Assembly: GCF_013417155.1 (NCBI RefSeq)
Contig: NZ_VPEO01000002.1
Coordinates: 106,481 to 130,480, forward strand
DNA length: 24,000 nt
Direction of reading: 5' to 3'
DNA from: Acinetobacter sp. YH16052
GTDB lineage: Bacteria; Pseudomonadota; Gammaproteobacteria; Pseudomonadales; Moraxellaceae
The notes under the pieces were generated by a model. The model worked only from the letters and a program-made list of their open reading frames with translations. It searched no databases and was not told the DNA's origin. This document shows, piece by piece, positions 17,515-24,000 of the stretch. A program made the translations under genes and the position numbers. How positions within the stretch are numbered: position 1 is the first letter of the stretch; each line of letters starts with the position of its first letter.

Positions 17515-19173
17515 TTACTTCATGTTTGGGGCTGATAGATCATCATGCTTTTTTAAAAATAGCGATGCAATATTATTACTTTGGTGTGTATCGATTTTTG
17601 ATAAATCTTTGAATAAAGCCTTTTTATTATATAGTGCATTCGATACTTCAAAATAATAATTTGCTTTCACCCAATCTTGATTAAAGTAAAATATTTGTGC
17701 CATTTTAAATAAATTATAGTAGCTTGGTTGACTAACTACATAGTGCTCAAATGAATCTAATTTGTCTTCAGCATACTGTTTATCCACTTTTGCAACAATA
17801 AACTCAGCTCGATCTGCAAACTGTGAAAAAATGACTGATTGCTTATTTTGTGATTGACCTGTATTTTCCATACCTGATGCATAGCCCAGATTCGTCAACC
17901 ATTGATCATATTGTTGAAATATTAAAGCGTAAAATATAATTGAAAATAAAAAAGTTACTTGCTTTAATTTTTCATTGATTGAGATTGTATTGACATTGCA
18001 ATTTATCAATAATACTCCAACAAAGAACCCCAAAGGGAATAAGAAATAGCTATAATATAGTGGATATTCAAGCTGAGCATGCACCAATATACATAGCATC
18101 ATTATAAATACATAAAGTTCATCTGTTGTTTTAATATTACAAATAATCACCTTGATTAAGTACAAACTATAAAAAATCAAAAGAATACCGAATGGAATGC
18201 CTACCCATAGTATTAAATCAATCATAATATTATGTGCACTTGAGAGATTGCCTTCATTTTTAAACAGCAGTACACCTTGAAGCTGAGCAATCGTAGTTTG
18301 ATACCATCCATAGCCAAGCCAAGGCTGCTGTTGGATGGCATAGATCATATGCTTCCACATTTCAATACGCGCAAAACCACCATTAATACGATCTTCTAAA
18401 GGTACAGGTATAACCAAATTAAAATATTGTGCGATCTGTGCATTAAATATAAAAATTAGCGCATATGAACAGAAGAAAAACGATAGTAAATAATGTGTTG
18501 TTCTTTTTTTGAAACGAATTTTTTTAAATAGATATCTAAACAACAGTACAATCAAAATAATCCAAGTTGTTCTAGATTGCGTCAAAGCAAGTGCAAGAAA
18601 TTGTAAAAAGAGTATAGGGATATATATAAAACATTTGTATTTAAGCTGTTCATATAAAAACACAACACTACAAATACTCAGCATCAAAAGTGTTGCCAAA
18701 TGATTCGGCTGACCTAAATTTGCATAAGGTCGATTGTGAATTAAATTTAAGATACAAGGATGAGAAATTTGCAACCATTGCGCAATGGCGAATAGACTAC
18801 TAATCAATCCAATAAGCGTATAAAAATACGCAATATATTGAATAATTTTATTTTTATCAGCCAAGTGATGGCTATTATAGCCATATAAAACAGTGGCTAC
18901 AAAAGCAAAAATGAAAATAAAACTCAAAAATGCCGTAGAAAAATAATATACCTGCCCAAAAGTAAATTGGACTAAAGGAATGAAACATATACAAAGAATA
19001 GGAATAGTAATTTTAGGCAGTTTAACTTCTTTTTTATAAAATAAGCTAAAAGATAAAATTAGACCCAAAAACCATAAAAAATCTTGCGAAGATGAAGTCC
19101 ATGGAAACGCAGATAGGCCTATAAAGTAAGATAACCCAAAACAAAGAAAAATTATAAAAATTATAATACTCAT
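17515..19173 (-). CDS. Pilin-linked O-oligosaccharyltransferase paralog (Wzy_C family; TfpO- or PglS/PglL-ComP-like)
   Basis: It shares its architecture and motifs with the 15051-16685 protein. Its versions are RPYANLGQPNHLATL, LTQSRTTWI, QPWLGYGWYQTT, SAHNIMIDLILWVG and HAQLEYPLYYSYFLFP. It lies immediately downstream of pilA. Confidence 0.75.
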   Translation of the reverse strand: MSIIIFIIFLCFGLSYFIGLSAFPWTSSSQDFLWFLGLILSFSLFYKKEVKLPKITIPILCICFIPLVQFTFGQVYYFSTAFLSFIFIFAFVATVLYGYNSHHLADKNKIIQYIAYFYTLIGLISSLFAIAQWLQISHPCILNLIHNRPYANLGQPNHLATLLMLSICSVVFLYEQLKYKCFIYIPILFLQFLALALTQSRTTWIILIVLLFRYLFKKIRFKKRTTHYLLSFFFCSYALIFIFNAQIAQYFNLVIPVPLEDRINGGFARIEMWKHMIYAIQQQPWLGYGWYQTTIAQLQGVLLFKNEGNLSSAHNIMIDLILWVGIPFGILLIFYSLYLIKVIICNIKTTDELYVFIMMLCILVHAQLEYPLYYSYFLFPLGFFVGVLLINCNVNTISINEKLKQVTFLFSIIFYALIFQQYDQWLTNLGYASGMENTGQSQNKQSVIFSQFADRAEFIVAKVDKQYAEDKLDSFEHYVVSQPSYYNLFKMAQIFYFNQDWVKANYYFEVSNALYNKKALFKDLSKIDTHQSNNIASLFLKKHDDLSAPNMK

Positions 19174-19186
19174 ATTAACTTTATTC

Positions 19187-19215
19187 TAAAAAAAGCTGAC
19201 CGAAGTCAGCTTTTG
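19187..19215 (-). terminator. Rho-independent terminator after pilA
   Basis: On the minus strand, AGCTGAC-TTCG-GTCAGCT is followed by TTTTTTT. It lies 13 nt after the pilA stop codon, with 14 nt between the end of its T-run and the next ATG (19173). Confidence 0.8.
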
Positions 19216-19227
19216 ATTCTTAATATT

Positions 19228-19779
19228 TTAGAATGTTCCAGCAGTTTGAGAAACACGGCATGTTGCTGGAAGATATTTTTGCATTGCTGCAAGCTCTGTT
19301 GATACAGGACCACAGCTCCACTCTTTAATTAAAGCACCAGCAGCTGTATTAGTTGCTGGAGAAACGGTTGAAATAGTTAAATTAGAACCGTTAGCTAATT
19401 TAGGTGTCATGTAGATATATTTACCACTTGCTCCTTTTAAAGAAGGATCCGTAGTTAACAATACTTGAATTTGACCAACTGCCATTCCAGTAGAAGAAAC
19501 TTTGATTGTTTGTACATATTTAGTGGCTGCAGTAGCTGCTGCCGTACCTGAGCCCTGTTCACACCCCCATAAAGCATCTGTACCTGATGGGATTGAACCT
19601 GAATCAACGGCTTCCGTTACTGCTGTACGACAAGAAGAAGCAGCTAAAATACCTTCAGATACTTTTGCACGAACTGTATAATCTTGGTATGCAGGAAGTG
19701 CAACTGCAGCAAGAATACCGATAATTGCTACAACAATCATTAATTCAATAAGGGTAAAACCCTTTTGTACTGTATTCAT
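19228..19779 (-). CDS. pilA: Major type IVa pilin (prepilin)
   Basis: [34 protein letters not shown] is the canonical leader and alpha1-N. A C-terminal disulfide pair lies in [24 protein letters not shown] sits 6 nt before the ATG at 19779. The ORF-track start at 19791 adds 4 unlikely codons. Confidence 0.9.
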   Translation of the reverse strand: MNTVQKGFTLIELMIVVAIIGILAAVALPAYQDYTVRAKVSEGILAASSCRTAVTEAVDSGSIPSGTDALWGCEQGSGTAAATAATKYVQTIKVSSTGMAVGQIQVLLTTDPSLKGASGKYIYMTPKLANGSNLTISTVSPATNTAAGALIKEWSCGPVSTELAAMQKYLPATCRVSQTAGTF

Positions 19780-19851
19780 AACATTCTCCACAAATGTTTT
19801 TGTTTATTTATAAGCCTAAAGAAAGAGCTCATTTAGCTTAATTTTATATTT

Positions 19852-19867
19852 AGCACTAAGTATGCCA
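19852..19867 (-). promoter_or_regulatory. Sigma-54 (-24/-12) promoter candidate for pilA
   Basis: The minus strand reads TGGCAT-ACTTA-GTGCT against the consensus TGGCAC-N5-TTGCW, with correct GG/GC spacing. It lies about 75-90 nt upstream of the pilA ATG. Confidence 0.65.
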
Positions 19868-19955
19868 AGTTTTATTATAATAAAATTAAGAGAAAAAACA
19901 GCAATTTAAAAAAATATTTTTATTTTTGTAATTATTGTATTTTCTTTTGTGTAAC

Positions 19956-19978
19956 TAACTGACAAAAATTGTCAGTTA
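19956..19978. promoter_or_regulatory. Perfect 10-3-10 palindrome, candidate enhancer-binding-protein (PilR-like) site
   Basis: TAACTGACAA-AAA-TTGTCAGTTA lies about 90-110 bp upstream of the sigma-54 element and contains TGTC half-sites on both strands. It could instead be a weak terminator for the upstream TPM gene, but no T-run follows it on the minus strand. Confidence 0.4.
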
Positions 19979-19989
19979 ATTGACATAGT

Positions 19990-20550
19990 TCACCCTAATA
20001 TAATGGGTTTATTTCCTAATTCATTCTTTAAATCATCTATTTTTCGATCATAATATTGATCTAATACGTGTCCAATCTCTTTTACGCCTTCAATTACACC
20101 TTCTTTAAATTTCTTTTGCTTTAATTGCTGAATGATATTTTGGCAAATCTGATCCCAAACTTCTTGAGTTGTCGCCTGTTTGATGCCTCGATCAATCACG
20201 ATTTCAACCTTATGTTCGCAAAGGTTTAAGTAGAGAAGTACACCACTGTTATATTCGGTGTCCCAAACGCCCAGTTCAGCAAACAACTGACGGGCACGAC
20301 ACAACGTATCCTGATAATAGGCCGATCGTGAAGGTAAACAGCCTTCAATCACTACCTGAATTTCCCCCACATGCCCATGCTCAGCTTCTTCAACAGCTAA
20401 TGCAATTACATGCTGATCTTGCTTAGAGAAAAACCGCTTGGTTGCTGGCATATAAAAGAAATGCTTGAACCATCGCTTAAAACTCGGCTGTGCATATTCT
20501 TCCAGCTTCGGTTGTGTGACAATTTCTGTTGTATCTGTAGTTGTTACCAT
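19990..20550 (-). CDS. TPM-domain (TLP18.3/Psb32/MOLO-1 family) protein, cytoplasmic type
   Basis: FSKQDQHVIALAVEEAEHGHVGEIQVVI ... NSGVLLYLNLCEHKVEIVIDRGI shows the TPM fold pattern. The start overlaps the upstream stop by 7 nt (ATGGTAA). Confidence 0.8.
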   Translation of the reverse strand: MVTTTDTTEIVTQPKLEEYAQPSFKRWFKHFFYMPATKRFFSKQDQHVIALAVEEAEHGHVGEIQVVIEGCLPSRSAYYQDTLCRARQLFAELGVWDTEYNSGVLLYLNLCEHKVEIVIDRGIKQATTQEVWDQICQNIIQQLKQKKFKEGVIEGVKEIGHVLDQYYDRKIDDLKNELGNKPIILG

Positions 20551-21596
20551 GAGCCTGATGCTCCTCCCCCACCAAAACCGCCACCGCCACCGCCGAAGCC
20601 GCCGCCGCCAAAACCACCTCGACCGCTACCGCCGCCTCGGCCGCCACCGGCTAAAAAGGCATGTAATATCAGCTGGGCTATAGAAGTTATCAATAAAAAG
20701 AAAATACCTGTACCAATCATTAAACTTGCAAGCAAACCCATGCCATTGACCAGACCGGCAGCTGTACCTGCAACTGCGGCAGTCGCAGCGCTCAGTTTTC
20801 TGCCGAAAATCATGGAACCCACGACACCTGCGACAATAATAAACAGCACACTACTGAACGTTGCCTTGCTGGCTTTTTGTGCCTGATAAGCCTGTTCCTG
20901 ACGTTCTTTAAGCTCATCGGCCGCCTGTGCTGCAATTTCAGGATCCAGATTTAAAATCCGTTCTATTTCAGTCAGACCTGCAGCAATCCCTTGCGCATAC
21001 TGCCCTTGCTTAAAATACGGTGTGATGGTGTCATGAATAATCCGGCCTGCCACGATATCGGGCAGCACCCCTTCCAGACCATAACCAGTCAGAATTTGTA
21101 TACGGCGATCATTGATAGCAATGGTCATGAGTAAACCATTATCGCGTTTGGCTGAACCGAGTTGCCAAGCGTCGGCCACGCGCATGGAATAATCAAAAAT
21201 ATCTTCCTGACCCGTGGTCGGAACAATCACGATACCAATCTGGCCTTTACCGGCATTATGCAAGTTTAAAATACGTTGGCTAATCGCCTGCTTCTCAGCT
21301 GAGCTGAGTAAATTTGCCTGATCAATCACCGGTTCATTCAGACTGGGTAAATCACGCTGAATTTGCCCTTCCGCCATATCATTGGCAATTTGTGGCTGCC
21401 GGGCAGAGTCTACTTCAATATCCGTTTGAGCTGTTTGAGGATTAGTTGCAGCCGGCTTTTGTAATATTTCACGCGCTACAATGACTTCTTCAGTATCCGT
21501 TGCTGTCGCAGTCTCACTCCAAGCCAGATTGCTCAGGCTCATTGTTAAACTGAGCAATAGCCCGATACAGAATTGTGCAGCCAGATTATGCCTCAT
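20544..21596 (-). CDS. Secreted/membrane TPM-domain protein (YgcG-like) with Gly-rich C-terminal tail
   Basis: The protein has a signal peptide and a TPM domain (VIDQANLLSSAEKQAISQRILNLHNAGKGQIGIVIV...NGLLMTIAINDRRIQILTGYGLEG). TM segments follow, then the tail GGGRGGGSGRGGFGGGGFGGGGGGFGGGGASGSW. The ATG at 21596 (AAGGTGG upstream) is preferred over the GTG at 21605. Confidence 0.8.
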   Translation of the reverse strand: MRHNLAAQFCIGLLLSLTMSLSNLAWSETATATDTEEVIVAREILQKPAATNPQTAQTDIEVDSARQPQIANDMAEGQIQRDLPSLNEPVIDQANLLSSAEKQAISQRILNLHNAGKGQIGIVIVPTTGQEDIFDYSMRVADAWQLGSAKRDNGLLMTIAINDRRIQILTGYGLEGVLPDIVAGRIIHDTITPYFKQGQYAQGIAAGLTEIERILNLDPEIAAQAADELKERQEQAYQAQKASKATFSSVLFIIVAGVVGSMIFGRKLSAATAAVAGTAAGLVNGMGLLASLMIGTGIFFLLITSIAQLILHAFLAGGGRGGGSGRGGFGGGGFGGGGGGFGGGGASGSW

Positions 21597-21628
21597 TGCA
21601 GCCACCTTCTCTCTTCTGAAGTTTGATA

Positions 21629-22219
21629 TTACTCAAAGGAAACCGTTGGAGCTTTTTGGGCACTTTGCTCAGCACTAAAGTTTGGTTTGGTATCCATACC
21701 AATTACTTTGGCGGTCATCACTTGCGGGAATTGACGCGCATAAGAGTTAAAGTCCTGAACCGTAGTGATGTAACGGTTACGTGCCACGGCGATTCTATTT
21801 TCAGTGCCTTCCAGTTGCACCTGCAAATCACGGAACTGCTGATTGGCTTTCAGGTCTGGATAGTTTTCAGTGACCGCCAATAAACGTGACAAAGCACTGG
21901 TCATTTGTGACTGTGCTTCCTGGTAACGCTGGAATAATTCGGGATTTTCCAGTAATTCCTGATCGACTTTGAGGCCTGCTACATTGGCACGTGCCTGAGT
22001 GACTTCTGTAAGTACCTGTTCTTCATGCGCGGCATAACCTTTTACGACATTCACCAGATTTGGCACTAGATCGGCACGACGCTGATACTGGTTCTGTACT
22101 TCAGACCAGGCTGCAGTCACTGCTTCATCTTTCACTTGCAAGGTGTTATAGCCACAGCCACTCAGGGTTAAGGTACTGGCCAGCATCAAAGCTATGAGAG
22201 ATTGTTTTAATACACGCAT
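21629..22219 (-). CDS. lemA: LemA-family lipoprotein
   Basis: Lipobox LTLSGC. The coiled regions (AWSEVQNQYQRRADLVPNLV ... ENYPDLKAN ... LEGTENRIAVARNRY) are typical of LemA. Confidence 0.85.
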   Translation of the reverse strand: MRVLKQSLIALMLASTLTLSGCGYNTLQVKDEAVTAAWSEVQNQYQRRADLVPNLVNVVKGYAAHEEQVLTEVTQARANVAGLKVDQELLENPELFQRYQEAQSQMTSALSRLLAVTENYPDLKANQQFRDLQVQLEGTENRIAVARNRYITTVQDFNSYARQFPQVMTAKVIGMDTKPNFSAEQSAQKAPTVSFE

Positions 22220-22350
22220 GATGTCTCGTCCTCAATTCTTTATTGATATTTATATAATTAATTTGATTTTAAACAGTATTTTCTAAAGTTTTGTTACTTT
22301 TTATAATCTTTTTAATGCGTCCTATTTTAAGTTTGGAAATAATTAAAGAT

Positions 22351-22374
22351 TAAAAAACCCGCCATAGCGGGTTC
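22351..22374 (-). terminator. Rho-independent terminator after gltD
   Basis: On the minus strand, AACCCGC-TATG-GCGGGTT is followed by TTTTTT. Confidence 0.8.
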
Positions 22375-22403
22375 CTTAAATAATTACAGTGAATTTTTAA
22401 CTG

Positions 22404-23897
<1,494 letters not shown>

Positions 23898-24000
23898 TTA
23901 TTGTGGATCAGCTTGAGTTGTTTTTAACAGCGTTTGCAAGTTGGCTGCTTTTGGTTTTACCAACCAGAACTTGCGGCTGTAGAAGTCAAACTCATGGCGG
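23898..24000 (-). CDS. gltB: Glutamate synthase large subunit, 3' end (partial, continues beyond the window)
   Basis: I translated the minus frame by hand: RHEFDFYSRKFWLVKPKAANLQTLLKTTQADPQ*, with the TAA at 23898-23900. The KFWxVxP-type C-terminus and the position upstream of gltD fit gltB. Confidence 0.7.
   Translation of the reverse strand, partial: RHEFDFYSRKFWLVKPKAANLQTLLKTTQADPQ

Noticed and set aside
20410-20886. 158-aa plus-strand ORF with a striking proline-rich run (PPPPKPPPPPPKPPPPKPPRPLPPPRPPP)
   Set aside because: It is the antisense reading of the GGN repeats that encode the Gly-rich tail of the minus-strand YgcG-like gene. It spans the junction of two well-supported minus-strand genes and has no Shine-Dalgarno or independent support. 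It is a mirror-image artefact.

Overview
The window is a chromosomal segment whose gene content and synteny best fit Acinetobacter (Moraxellaceae). This taxon call is an inference from protein features, not a database hit. The layout runs as follows. (1) A tightly coupled minus-strand type IV pilus minor-pilin/adhesin operon, fimU-pilV-pilW-pilX-pilY1-pilE, spans 31-7662. (2) Housekeeping genes follow: ispH, gmk, rpoZ, spoT and ridA (7825-12670). (3) The iron-storage pair bfd and bfr is split by a solo tnpB (IS200/IS605, IS1341-like) element lying antisense between them (about 13180-14410). (4) A pilin locus sits on the minus strand. It holds pilA with a sigma-54-type promoter, an AT-rich O-oligosaccharyltransferase paralog, a 3-TM accessory-like protein, and a second, PglL-like O-oligosaccharyltransferase (15051-19978). 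(5) A lemA/TPM/TPM operon occupies 19990-22219. (6) gltD and the 3' end of gltB close the window. I saw no rRNA, tRNA or CRISPR array. The most interesting parts are the tnpB element, which has apparently intact catalytic motifs and a predicted omega-RNA region, and the composite pilin-modification cassette downstream of pilA. All domain calls come from motifs read in the supplied translations. No similarity searches were run.
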